The notes under the pieces are model-generated. The model did not search any database and was not told the origin of the DNA. It saw nothing but the letters and a program-made list of their open reading frames with translations. From a virus (Duplodnaviria; Caudoviricetes): a stretch of 34,678 bases of DNA. Within the stretch, counting starts at the first letter, position 1; every line of letters begins with the position of its first letter. Positions 14,349 through 23,935 of this stretch are shown piece after piece. Location of the stretch: IMG/VR virus record IMGVR_UViG_3300044507_000051, positions 1 to 34,678 of that record, one strand, 5' to 3'. The translations under genes were made by a program, and so were the position numbers.

Positions 14349-16604
14349 ATGGCTAAAAAGTCAGAGAAGATTGCTAAACAAGCAAAGCTTGCGGTTGAAA
14401 AATGGCGCGAGTACTTTAGAACAAATATTGATGAATATCATAAAATGCATCAGTTTGTTTTGGGTAAACAGTGGACTGACGACGAAGAGGACATGCTTGT
14501 TAAGACGCTTAACAAAGTCCCTCTTCAGTTTAATAAGCTTGCGACCTTGGTGAACACGCTTCTGGGCGAGCAGCAGCAAAATACGCCGCAGCTGGAAATT
14601 GTTCCCTTATCTCATTGCGAAGAAGAAGTCGCGCAGCTTAGACAAATGATTGTTAAAGACATCATGCTTTCAACCGACGCAAAAACAGTCTACCAAGTTG
14701 CTGCTTCCCAAGCTTTTATTGGTGGCTTTGGCGCTTTCATCATTGATACTGACTACACACATGAAAAGTCTTTTGACCAAGACATCGTCTATAGATATAT
14801 CAAAGACGCTACTCGTTGCTATTGGGACGTGGGGGCGGATTTAATCGACAAAACAGATGGCATGTATTGCGGCTATCTCTCTCGCATGACTAGACAAAAG
14901 TTCCGTGCGACTTATGGTCGTGATGTTGAGCAGAATATTCTAAAGGATAGCGGGATTACGCAGACTCAAGAAGAAATCGCATTATCTGTTCAGCCTGACA
15001 CGACTGAAAATCCTTTCACTTGGAATGACGGTAACAACATCACGTTGATTGATCATTACGAGCGCAAAATGGAGAAAGACACTATCTATAAGCTATCCAA
15101 CGGTCAAACTATGAATCAGATGGAGATGGACGAACTTGTCTCAAGTTCCAGGGAGTTCTCCGCAAATCTTCAGCAACAGCAGATGATGATGGGCGAAATG
15201 GCAGGCCTGGAAGGCGAGATGGAAATGCCCATGGAAGCTGACATGATGGCCGCAGAAGCTGGCGCCGAAGCCGGCATGGAAGACATGCAAGACGAAGAAT
15301 TCATGACTTTGTATAGTGATGGCGAACCTGTTCGTATTATTGACTCGCGCCCTTCCACTCGCTCAAAAATCATTCATTATAAAATTGCCGGTCAGTACAT
15401 ATTAGATAAGAGCGAATTCCCCGCTGAAGATTTACCCATCCCGTTTGTTGACCAAAATTCATTTTACGATAAAAACGGAAAACAAGTAGTGCGCTCATTC
15501 ATTAAAGATGCAATTGATGCTCAGAGATATTTAAATTATTTGGGAACTCAGTCTGCATATACATTAAAGATTTCTAGATATGACCAATTTATGGGCAGCA
15601 AAAAAAATGCCCAGGGTTTGGATACGCAGGCCCAATGGAAGGACCCGCAGAACGTCAAAGGCATGCTTTACTACGATGAGTCCCCATCAGGCGCAAAACC
15701 AGAGCAATTACGACCACCCGAGCTTTCCGCAAGCCTATTTCAGCAATATCAAAGAGCAATTGATGATATGTATACCAGTACTGGCTTATATCCTTCACGT
15801 CTTGGACAGCAGGGAAATGAGGTATCAGGCGCCGCTATCGACGCGAGAACCAGACAAGGCTCATATAGCACTTATGTCGCATTTAATAGTATCAATAGAG
15901 CGATAACAGCCGGTGGCAAAATCGTCAATCAAATGGTGCCACGGGTTTACGATTCCGAACGCGTTATGAGCTTAATGACGCCAGATAAAGGTCGTCAAAA
16001 TATTACTGTAAATGAACATGCTGACGAGTATGGCGAAGTTATACGTAACGATTTAAGAAAGGGCTCTTTTGAGGTAAGACTGCAGGCGGGTCCAAGTTAT
16101 GAAGGTCAAAAAGCTCAGGCATTAGAATCATTAAATATGGTTCTGAATGCTAATCCACAATTGCTTAATATCTTTGCAGACCTATATGCGGAGAATCTTC
16201 CTCTTGTTAACACAATTGAGATTAAGAATCGCCTTAAGACTATCGTTCCACCTGAAATATTGCAAGCTGGTAAAACAGGCGAGATGCCGAAAGAACAGCA
16301 GAGGATTGACCCAGCTCAGCAAGCCGCGATGGCCGAAGCTCAGTATAAGCAAGAGCAAATTGCACTGAAGAAGCAAGAGCTAGAAATGAAGATGCAAGAG
16401 CATCAAACAAAAGCTGAAATGGAACGCATGAAGCTTGAAATGGATATACTTGATATCGCAGCAAAATTAGAAGAACAGAAGCTTCGGTATATGGCGGAGA
16501 TGGACAGAACGCATAGTGATAATGCGATATCTCATGCTGATAACATAACTAAATTACTGATAAGTAGACACAAGGGAATGACGAATGGCGACAGAAACAA
16601 GTAG
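14349..16604 (+). CDS. Portal protein, P22 gp1-like
   Basis: GKQW, FNKL, DAQRYLN, SGAAIDAR, GPSY motifs; C-terminal coiled coil; ATG 14349 with AAGGGA SD. Confidence 0.93.
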   Translation: MAKKSEKIAKQAKLAVEKWREYFRTNIDEYHKMHQFVLGKQWTDDEEDMLVKTLNKVPLQFNKLATLVNTLLGEQQQNTPQLEIVPLSHCEEEVAQLRQMIVKDIMLSTDAKTVYQVAASQAFIGGFGAFIIDTDYTHEKSFDQDIVYRYIKDATRCYWDVGADLIDKTDGMYCGYLSRMTRQKFRATYGRDVEQNILKDSGITQTQEEIALSVQPDTTENPFTWNDGNNITLIDHYERKMEKDTIYKLSNGQTMNQMEMDELVSSSREFSANLQQQQMMMGEMAGLEGEMEMPMEADMMAAEAGAEAGMEDMQDEEFMTLYSDGEPVRIIDSRPSTRSKIIHYKIAGQYILDKSEFPAEDLPIPFVDQNSFYDKNGKQVVRSFIKDAIDAQRYLNYLGTQSAYTLKISRYDQFMGSKKNAQGLDTQAQWKDPQNVKGMLYYDESPSGAKPEQLRPPELSASLFQQYQRAIDDMYTSTGLYPSRLGQQGNEVSGAAIDARTRQGSYSTYVAFNSINRAITAGGKIVNQMVPRVYDSERVMSLMTPDKGRQNITVNEHADEYGEVIRNDLRKGSFEVRLQAGPSYEGQKAQALESLNMVLNANPQLLNIFADLYAENLPLVNTIEIKNRLKTIVPPEILQAGKTGEMPKEQQRIDPAQQAAMAEAQYKQEQIALKKQELEMKMQEHQTKAEMERMKLEMDILDIAAKLEEQKLRYMAEMDRTHSDNAISHADNITKLLISRHKGMTNGDRNK

Positions 16605-17463
16605 CATAGATGATATCTTAACTGCATCAATGAATGAGAAAACGCCTGTTGCGCCCGAGCAGCAGGCAGAAGAAGTATCTGAAGATGTAGAAGATATAAA
16701 GCAAGAAGCAGAGGAATCTCCGACGGCAGAAGCGTCGGAGACAAATGAGTATGGAGATGAGGAAAAGACACCTGAAAAAGCCGTTGATGAATACGGAAAC
16801 GAAACTGCTGCGCCGCGCGTTTACTCTGAAGAAGAAGTAAATGAGCGAATCAATGCAGCAATTCGTGACCGGCTGTCAAGAATGGAGCGTAACCAGCAGC
16901 CACAGCAACATCAACAAATGCAACAACAGACTCAGCAAGGTTTTCAATATGACGAAAACTCTCAAGAGTCTTGGCAGCAGCAACTCGAATCCTTTGTTGA
17001 GCAAACTTACTACAAGATAAATGAAAAGCAGGCCCAGCAATCACAGCGAGCTAGAGAGCAACAAGCCTATGAAGAGCATGGTCAGAAATTCCGTGAGGGA
17101 GCTGCAAAATTCGCTGACTTTGAAAAGGTTGTCGCATCTCAGCCAATCACTGATGCGATGACTTTAGCTACGCGCGCCATGAAAGACCCAGCGGCTTTTT
17201 TATATGCAGCTAGCAAAAGAGCTCCGCAAGAGCTAGAAAGAATTTCTAAAATCCCAGACCAGTATGTTCAAATTGCTGAAATGGCAAAATTAGAAGTAAG
17301 CATGAAGCAACAAAAGCCAATGACTAAAACACCAAGGCCTGTTAGCAGAACGCAAGAGGATGCAACTATTGCTCATAAATCTGACAAACAGCCCAGCATT
17401 GAAGATTTAATAGCTAGAGACGCGGCTAAAAGACTTGCTCTTCAGAAAAAGCGAAGAGGATAA
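16585..17463 (+). CDS. Scaffolding protein
   Basis: Acidic N-terminus, Q/E coiled coil, basic C-terminus; between portal and coat. Confidence 0.85.
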   Translation: MATETSSIDDILTASMNEKTPVAPEQQAEEVSEDVEDIKQEAEESPTAEASETNEYGDEEKTPEKAVDEYGNETAAPRVYSEEEVNERINAAIRDRLSRMERNQQPQQHQQMQQQTQQGFQYDENSQESWQQQLESFVEQTYYKINEKQAQQSQRAREQQAYEEHGQKFREGAAKFADFEKVVASQPITDAMTLATRAMKDPAAFLYAASKRAPQELERISKIPDQYVQIAEMAKLEVSMKQQKPMTKTPRPVSRTQEDATIAHKSDKQPSIEDLIARDAAKRLALQKKRRG

Positions 17464-17556
17464 GTTGCAACTTAAAATAAGTTAGTCAATAATGGGGGCG
17501 ATGAGTATCACTTAGTCTTTGCCTCCATCATCAAAGCAGCTTAGACGTGTATCAAT

Positions 17557-17628
17557 TGTCGACCGTCGGACAAAAAGAAATAGGTTCCTGAATATCAGGT
17601 TTTTATCAATTTTTGTTTGGAGTCGACA
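17557..17628 (+). promoter_or_regulatory. Long leader hairpin occluding the coat SD
   Basis: TGTCGAC/GTCGACA, GGACAAAAA/TTTTTGTTT and CCTGA/TCAGG pairings; GGAG at 17619-17622. Confidence 0.6.
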
Positions 17629-17630
17629 TC

Positions 17631-18875
17631 ATGGCCAATACATGGCAAGTCACACAATACGTACTCGATGACGTTTTTATTAGGTTCTGGAATAGTCTTG
17701 CTTTCGCTCGCACAGCTAACCGAAACCTCGAAGGCGATTTCAAAAATTTAAAATTCGCTACCGGTCAAACAATCAATTACCGTTTAGAAGAAAGATACTT
17801 AGCTGGTGAAGGCGCAACTGCGGTTTCTGAAGCGCGTGTACAAGTTGTTCGCCCTCTCTCTATTACCAAGCAATTCCGCACTATGGTTGAATACACCGGA
17901 TTCGACCTAACGTTCGATCGCGCACGTGATGAGCCTTATTTAGAAATGGCGAACGCTCCTAGAGCTAAGCGCTTAGCTAACATGGTTGAAAAGTTCATCG
18001 CTTCTGAGAACTTCCAGCTACAAACATATCAAGCCGTTGGTACTCCTGGCGTTGCGATTGACCAAAACACAATCTTTACTTGCGATGCATACATGACAGA
18101 ACTAGCTATCCCAGAAGATGGAAAACGCTACTGTGCTATTGCTCCAAGAACATCTGCAAACCTAAACAACTCTCTGTTTAACGTTTTCAACCAAACTGTA
18201 AACACTGGCGCATTAATTGACGGATTTATCGGCCATTTAGCAGGTTTTGATTTCTTTAAAACCAACTTTTTGATTCGACAAGTTGCGGGCGCAGGTCAAG
18301 CAGGCGGCGTGCCACCAGCAGGTTTTGCTCTCGGAGGTACCGTTACAAACGGTCCAATCAGCTCTGGCAATACCATTTCTGTAACTGGCCTTGTAATTAA
18401 CCAAGCAATTGCGTTTAACATCGGTGACATCATCGAAGTTGCAGACGCATCTAATGTTTTCATGATTAACCCATTAACTTACCAGCCACTCAGCACTCGC
18501 GCTCAGTTTGTTGTTACGGCTGTTACGCCTTCTGATGGTGCAGGTAATGCTAATATCCCTGTCAACCCAACAATTGTAACGACTGGCGCTCGCCAAAACA
18601 TTTCTGCTCCAATTCCTAACGGCGCTCAAATGTTGTTACGTTTAAGCCATAACGTTTCACTTGCTTATCATACACAGGCAATCGTTTTTGCTGCTCCTCC
18701 TTTAAAAGAATTACGCGGTGGCGTTGAAGCTGTTACCCGTTATTCTGACCTTTATAAATTAGCAATGACCTACTCTTTGGGTGCTGATATCCGTAACTAC
18801 GAGCAATTAGACCGAATTGACGTAATCTGCGGTGTCGCAATCAACCCTGAGTTTGCGGTTCGTATTTGCTCATAA
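17631..18875 (+). CDS. Major capsid protein, P22 gp5-like
   Basis: MAN start, GQTINYR, IGDII insertion domain, RIDVICG...NPEFA C-terminus. Confidence 0.95.
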   Translation: MANTWQVTQYVLDDVFIRFWNSLAFARTANRNLEGDFKNLKFATGQTINYRLEERYLAGEGATAVSEARVQVVRPLSITKQFRTMVEYTGFDLTFDRARDEPYLEMANAPRAKRLANMVEKFIASENFQLQTYQAVGTPGVAIDQNTIFTCDAYMTELAIPEDGKRYCAIAPRTSANLNNSLFNVFNQTVNTGALIDGFIGHLAGFDFFKTNFLIRQVAGAGQAGGVPPAGFALGGTVTNGPISSGNTISVTGLVINQAIAFNIGDIIEVADASNVFMINPLTYQPLSTRAQFVVTAVTPSDGAGNANIPVNPTIVTTGARQNISAPIPNGAQMLLRLSHNVSLAYHTQAIVFAAPPLKELRGGVEAVTRYSDLYKLAMTYSLGADIRNYEQLDRIDVICGVAINPEFAVRICS

Positions 18876-18889
18876 AGCGTTCGTCGTCC

Positions 18890-18917
18890 CTGGGCGGTTT
18901 ACTCCATAGCCGCCCAG
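18890..18917 (+). terminator. GC-rich hairpin after the coat gene (weak terminator or stabiliser)
   Basis: CTGGGCGGTT/AGCCGCCCAG stem; no clear U tract. Confidence 0.55.
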
Positions 18918-18937
18918 CCCTTCATTAAGGAGCAAGT

Positions 18938-19174
18938 ATGCACGTCGAAGAAAAGAAAGAGTTCGTTTTATATAACGGACGCACAGTTCCTAAAGACGGT
19001 TTCCGCGTATTTATTTATGGCCTTAACGATACTGAAAAGCTTGTTAATTCATGGGATGAGTTTCAACAGGAAGTATCTTCAGGTCTGTGGTTTCCGACAA
19101 AGGAATCCGTAGGAAAAAAGTCTGCTATTAAAGTTTCTAGCATCGATAATGTTAAAAAGGATGTTAGAAAATGA
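18938..19174 (+). CDS. Small post-coat protein
   Basis: AAGGAG SD; position typical of P22-like phages. Confidence 0.8.
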   Translation: MHVEEKKEFVLYNGRTVPKDGFRVFIYGLNDTEKLVNSWDEFQQEVSSGLWFPTKESVGKKSAIKVSSIDNVKKDVRK

Positions 19175-19887
19175 CAACTGTCAGGCAATTTATAACGCAA
19201 TCATATCGGTTAATTAATGCCTCAAATCCAACTGTGCCATTGCACGGCGATGATTTATCTATGGGAATAACAATTCTAAATCAATTATTAGAGTCCTATG
19301 CATCAACCGGTTTGCTGCTAACAATTGCCAAGACATTTAACGTACCTTTGGCGGTAGGTCAGCAAGAGGTTGTTGTTGGTCCGGCTACTTTCTTGCCGAT
19401 TCCTGATGTCCCTCAAGGAAGATTGGCCAATTTAGATAGCGCATGGTTATTACTGAATGGCGTAACATATCCTTTAATAGATAAATCACGTGATGTATTC
19501 CTTGCATCGTTTAAATACGACCCGCTACAAGGGTTGCCGAGGTTTGTAATTGTTTATCCAGATACCGAAGTGGTCAGAATTAGATTATTTCCTGCACCAA
19601 GCCAATTCTTTGAGTTTTATTTAAGAGGGAAGTTTCAATTAACGGATTTGACCTCAAATGACACGATGGACGGATTGCCAGCTTATTATCAACGTTTTTT
19701 ATTATTTGCGGTTGCTAAAGATATTTCAATGTATAAAGGTCGAGCAGAAGCGTGGACCGATAAGCTTGAAATGATGCTAAATGCGGCAGAGGACAAAATG
19801 ATAGCGGCCTCTGAGGTTAATCTGTCAATTACAGGCGATAGAGCTAGTTTGCTAAATGGTGCGTGGCGCGTCCGCTCAGGAATTTAA
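19171..19887 (+). CDS. Head-tail adaptor, P22 gp4-like
   Basis: TVRQFITQSYRLI...LNQLLES; LPAYYQRFL; synteny. Confidence 0.8.
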   Translation: MTTVRQFITQSYRLINASNPTVPLHGDDLSMGITILNQLLESYASTGLLLTIAKTFNVPLAVGQQEVVVGPATFLPIPDVPQGRLANLDSAWLLLNGVTYPLIDKSRDVFLASFKYDPLQGLPRFVIVYPDTEVVRIRLFPAPSQFFEFYLRGKFQLTDLTSNDTMDGLPAYYQRFLLFAVAKDISMYKGRAEAWTDKLEMMLNAAEDKMIAASEVNLSITGDRASLLNGAWRVRSGI

Positions 19888-19896
19888 GGAAAATTT

Positions 19897-20148
19897 ATGC
19901 CTATAGATAAAAAAGAAAAAGAATTTAGAGATTGGTATGCCGGGCACGCAAAAACACACAATCTAGACCCAAATCCCTACTCTAAAGAGCATTATTATGA
20001 TTATAAAGGCGCATATAATAAGGGGCAAGGTCCTGGAAAAGATGGTCATTGGCCAAGTGAGCATAAAATCGAAGGTCATCCTAGAATGAATCTAATGATC
20101 AACGGAAAAATGACTAATACCAAAACCGGCAAAGTAAAAGGTAAATAA
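19897..20148 (+). CDS. 83-aa basic His/Tyr-rich protein of unknown function
   Basis: TAAGGA SD; abuts the next gene. Confidence 0.75.
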   Translation: MPIDKKEKEFRDWYAGHAKTHNLDPNPYSKEHYYDYKGAYNKGQGPGKDGHWPSEHKIEGHPRMNLMINGKMTNTKTGKVKGK

Positions 20149-21918
20149 ATGCCAATTGAAAAATTACCTATATTTTGCTACTACAATTTACAGCGCTTCA
20201 CACAAATGGGCGCAATGGATTGTGCAAACTGGTATGGCGTTCAAGTGCAGGATACTAAAAATGGGCAGGCCCTTTATCCAGCCATGGGTAGAAAGCATAT
20301 TAATTATTTCGGTTCAAACAAATTAGTATTTGATGCAGAGCCCTCCCAATTATTCCGCTCAATTAATTACGTATATGTAATTGTTGGCACACGCGTAATT
20401 CAAGTCGATGAGCATTATCAAGAAAGAATAATCGGAAGCGTACCATTAGGGAAACAGACTTGGTTTGCTTTTCTTGCCGTTGGGGCCGTTACTTATTGCA
20501 TTCTTACTGCAGAAACAGTCATGTATTTAATTACTGAAAATGCAGATGGAACGGTAAGTTATCAGACGATTACTGACCCATTTAAGCCATCCCAACCACT
20601 TTTTGTGGCATCTTTTGGAAATAGATTTGTCGTAAGCCAAGCAAATACCCCTAATTTCTATGTAAGCTCTATTGACTCAGCAAATCTTGGAAACCCAAAT
20701 ACCATATTTAATGTTAATGGGGCTCCTTTAGTATTTAGCGCATCAGGCGTTGTTAGGCAATTAGGCGTATTACAAACTCAGTTATACGTATTCTGTGATT
20801 TCACTACCGATATTTATGCAAATATTCAAAATACTGTTGCTGTAGGAAATACAACGGCGCAATTCCCATTTAAAAGAAATACATCTTATGGCTGGGATTA
20901 TGGAATTGCAGACCCATTTAGTTTAAATATCGATTTTGGTCGCATAGCTTTGCTTGCAAAGAACGCTAATGGTCTTGTTAGCTTTATGGTTTCAGATGGC
21001 CAACAACCAACAGATATATCATCGCAGGCAATTAACGTCCTTTTAGAAAATTCTCGCGATGAAGATACTGTTAGTCCATTTCTAGCTGGTCAAACTGACG
21101 GCTTTCTTTATCAATATGAAAATACAATTTTCTACCGCGTTACAGCTGGTCCTTATTTAGCATTTGGCGAATTAGATAGAAACGACTCTGCCAATGCAAT
21201 TGAATATAATTTCTCAACCCAAACGTGGGCTCGTTTAATTGAATTAAACGGAGAGAGAAATAGAATTCAAAAGCACGTATTCTTTAATGATACGCATTTG
21301 GTTTCTGTATCAGGAGATGATGCGTTATATCGCATGGCTGGCAATCTCTATTACAATGAATTAAGAACGCCGGGCGCTTTACCTCAAGCGGCAAATGCAT
21401 TTAGCAAATATCCCATGCGTTATAAATTAGTTACGCAGCAAATATTCCAGCCTGATTATTCAGAATTCTTAACTGATTATGTTGAAATAGATTTTGTATT
21501 TGGCGATAAAACCTTTTATAAAAACAATACTGCATTTTTAAATACGCAATTTATAATTACGGAAGACGCAGCCCATGACGGGACTCCTGTATACCAAATA
21601 ACCGAGGACTCATTGTCGGGGGAGCCGGTATTTATCATCGATCAAGAAGGCAATACGCCAAGCTTTGATGATAATTTCTATAATTCATTATTTAAGCCGC
21701 ACATTGAATTATATATATCCGATGATGGTGGAATTACATTTGAATCTGCCGATTTGAGAGAATTTTCACAATTAGGACAATATAGATGGCGCATGAGATG
21801 GTATGAATTAGGACCATCTAGAAATCGATGCTATAAATTAATATGCATTAGCTCTGCTCCAATTGTAATCCTCGGTGGTGTCCAGTCTATTCGAAGAGCA
21901 AGCGGGGGAGCTAATTAA
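20149..21918 (+). CDS. Tail hub/nozzle, P22 gp10-like
   Basis: Beta-rich; C-terminal SDDGGITF...LGQY...RWYELG motif. Confidence 0.88.
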   Translation: MPIEKLPIFCYYNLQRFTQMGAMDCANWYGVQVQDTKNGQALYPAMGRKHINYFGSNKLVFDAEPSQLFRSINYVYVIVGTRVIQVDEHYQERIIGSVPLGKQTWFAFLAVGAVTYCILTAETVMYLITENADGTVSYQTITDPFKPSQPLFVASFGNRFVVSQANTPNFYVSSIDSANLGNPNTIFNVNGAPLVFSASGVVRQLGVLQTQLYVFCDFTTDIYANIQNTVAVGNTTAQFPFKRNTSYGWDYGIADPFSLNIDFGRIALLAKNANGLVSFMVSDGQQPTDISSQAINVLLENSRDEDTVSPFLAGQTDGFLYQYENTIFYRVTAGPYLAFGELDRNDSANAIEYNFSTQTWARLIELNGERNRIQKHVFFNDTHLVSVSGDDALYRMAGNLYYNELRTPGALPQAANAFSKYPMRYKLVTQQIFQPDYSEFLTDYVEIDFVFGDKTFYKNNTAFLNTQFIITEDAAHDGTPVYQITEDSLSGEPVFIIDQEGNTPSFDDNFYNSLFKPHIELYISDDGGITFESADLREFSQLGQYRWRMRWYELGPSRNRCYKLICISSAPIVILGGVQSIRRASGGAN

Positions 21919-22250
21919 TGATTATATTAGATAAAATTGATGCTGCTCCTATTTCACATGACGAATTCTCTTTTGTATTTAGTTCATGGTTCGCGGTATT
22001 AGTAGATTCATTAAATGAAAGTCTTAATTTAATTGAGAATCAGCTTAATGGAATTAGTAATGGACTAATTCCACCATCTTTTACTACTGCACAGATAAAT
22101 GCATTTGCTTTTCCAGCTAATTTAAATGACATTAATTCATATATGCCTAACGGAACAATTTGGTTTGATAGCACTATTGCCAAATTAAAAGTTCAAACAG
22201 CCATTGTGCTGGGCGTTGGCGCAACAATTGAAACAATTACAAGCGTATAG
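21918..22250 (+). CDS. Small tail protein (gp26 position)
   Basis: TTAQINA...NGTIWFDST motif; TAATG coupling. Confidence 0.65.
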   Translation: MIILDKIDAAPISHDEFSFVFSSWFAVLVDSLNESLNLIENQLNGISNGLIPPSFTTAQINAFAFPANLNDINSYMPNGTIWFDSTIAKLKVQTAIVLGVGATIETITSV

Positions 22251-22259
22251 GGACTAATC

Positions 22260-22901
22260 ATGGGTATGTTTTCAAGTTTCTTTCATCCAGAGCGTGCTTA
22301 TAAAAAAGCTCAAGAAGCAATGCAGCCTTATTACCAGCAAAGCCAGCAAGCAATTCAGCCCTATATGCAGCATGGAACAGAAGCTTATGGCCAATTATCT
22401 GGTGCAATAAATAACCTGATGAACCCAAATCAGTTCTACGATGAATTAATGGGCGGATATAAACAAAGTGATGCGTCACGATTTGCGCAAGAGCGCAATA
22501 AAAACTCTGGCTTAGATGCTTTAAGTTCCATGGGAATGCTCGGCTCAACTCCAGGGTTGCAGGCGTTACAGCGTGGTAATGCAGAATTAGGCGCAGAAGA
22601 CGAGATGAGACAATTTCAGCGTCTAATTGATATGTATACCCAGGGAGCTGGCATGGCCCAAAATATTTACGGCACAGGTGCAAATGCTGCATCGCAATAT
22701 GGTCAAAATGCCATGAACATGGGGCAGAATACCGCCCAGATGACTTATGAACAAAACGCGGCACCAGGACAGTTATTGCAGAACATGATTAATACTGGAC
22801 TTAGTGTAGCCTTCCCCGCGTATGGAATGTCTCAAATGGCTGGAAAAATGATGGGCGGTGGCAACTCTGGTGGCGGCTGGAATACTCGAGGGGGAAGATA
22901 A
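22260..22901 (+). CDS. Ejection/DNA transfer protein, P22 gp7-like
   Basis: Q/M/G/A-rich; QPYMQHG and MGMLGS motifs; synteny. Confidence 0.8.
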   Translation: MGMFSSFFHPERAYKKAQEAMQPYYQQSQQAIQPYMQHGTEAYGQLSGAINNLMNPNQFYDELMGGYKQSDASRFAQERNKNSGLDALSSMGMLGSTPGLQALQRGNAELGAEDEMRQFQRLIDMYTQGAGMAQNIYGTGANAASQYGQNAMNMGQNTAQMTYEQNAAPGQLLQNMINTGLSVAFPAYGMSQMAGKMMGGGNSGGGWNTRGGR

Positions 22902-23935
22902 TGGCTCTTAATATTCCTTCATCTCGCACATTGGGATTTGGTGACTTCACTACAGGTCTCAATACCGGAGCAAATCTTTTTAATAGCTTAATGAATCCTA
23001 AGCTCAAACGCGAAGAAATGGCTCAAGCTGATATTCATCACAAGAATAATCTTGGCTTTAAGATGCAGCAACTAGAGCAGCAGGCGCTTCATCATAAGCA
23101 GAATTATGGAATGGCTCTTGAACAGCTTCAAATGGCAAAAGATGAAGCTCCATGGAAAAGAAAAGAACTAGAGGCAAGAGCAAATTATCATCAAGCTAAA
23201 ATGGATGATATTACAAATACTCAAAATCTAATTAATCAATATTTCAATACGGGCGAATTTAATGCGCCTGACCAAGGTATGCCGACTCAGCCTTCTGTTA
23301 TGGGCGCCACACCACAAGGCGGAATGCAGCCAGATAGTCAGCAAGTGCAGCCGCCATCTATGGAGCAAGTTCAACAAGGGTTTGGAAAAAGACCAAAAGT
23401 TCATCCGGTAATAGCTGCGGCCATTGAGAAGAAATTTGGATATAACCCAAATAAGCCAACCGAAGAAGAAAAGTCAGAACAGCGTATGGGCGAGTTTTTC
23501 GCTAAAGAAAAATATAAAGCTGAGCAAAAAGGTAATGTTGACTTAACTAACATTACTCCGGCCACGAGAACTAAATATCAAGATGTTATTCGAGAAGTTA
23601 ATTCAATTATGCCCATTATGAAAGAGCTAGTTGAGCAGGGCGGAGAAAGTTATACAGGGCTTGGCACAGCAGCAGATAAGAAATACCTTGGAAAGGTAAA
23701 AAGAATAGCTGACGTATATATGAAGGCTAAGAAATGGCCAAACACAGACAAGGCCAGAAATGATGCTATAGAATTATTTAAAAAAGGATGGTCAGAAAGT
23801 CCAGAGCAATATAAATCTAGAATGCAGGAATTAGAAGCTGAATTAAATCATGAAGCCCAATTAGCGACAAATGCTTTAAAGGGCGGAAAATCTGAGGTTG
23901 ACAAAAATGAATCAGACCCACTGGGGATATTGTAA
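22901..23935 (+). CDS. Ejection protein, gp20 position
   Basis: Helical, Q/P-rich linker, C-terminal DPLGIL. Confidence 0.7.
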   Translation: MALNIPSSRTLGFGDFTTGLNTGANLFNSLMNPKLKREEMAQADIHHKNNLGFKMQQLEQQALHHKQNYGMALEQLQMAKDEAPWKRKELEARANYHQAKMDDITNTQNLINQYFNTGEFNAPDQGMPTQPSVMGATPQGGMQPDSQQVQPPSMEQVQQGFGKRPKVHPVIAAAIEKKFGYNPNKPTEEEKSEQRMGEFFAKEKYKAEQKGNVDLTNITPATRTKYQDVIREVNSIMPIMKELVEQGGESYTGLGTAADKKYLGKVKRIADVYMKAKKWPNTDKARNDAIELFKKGWSESPEQYKSRMQELEAELNHEAQLATNALKGGKSEVDKNESDPLGIL

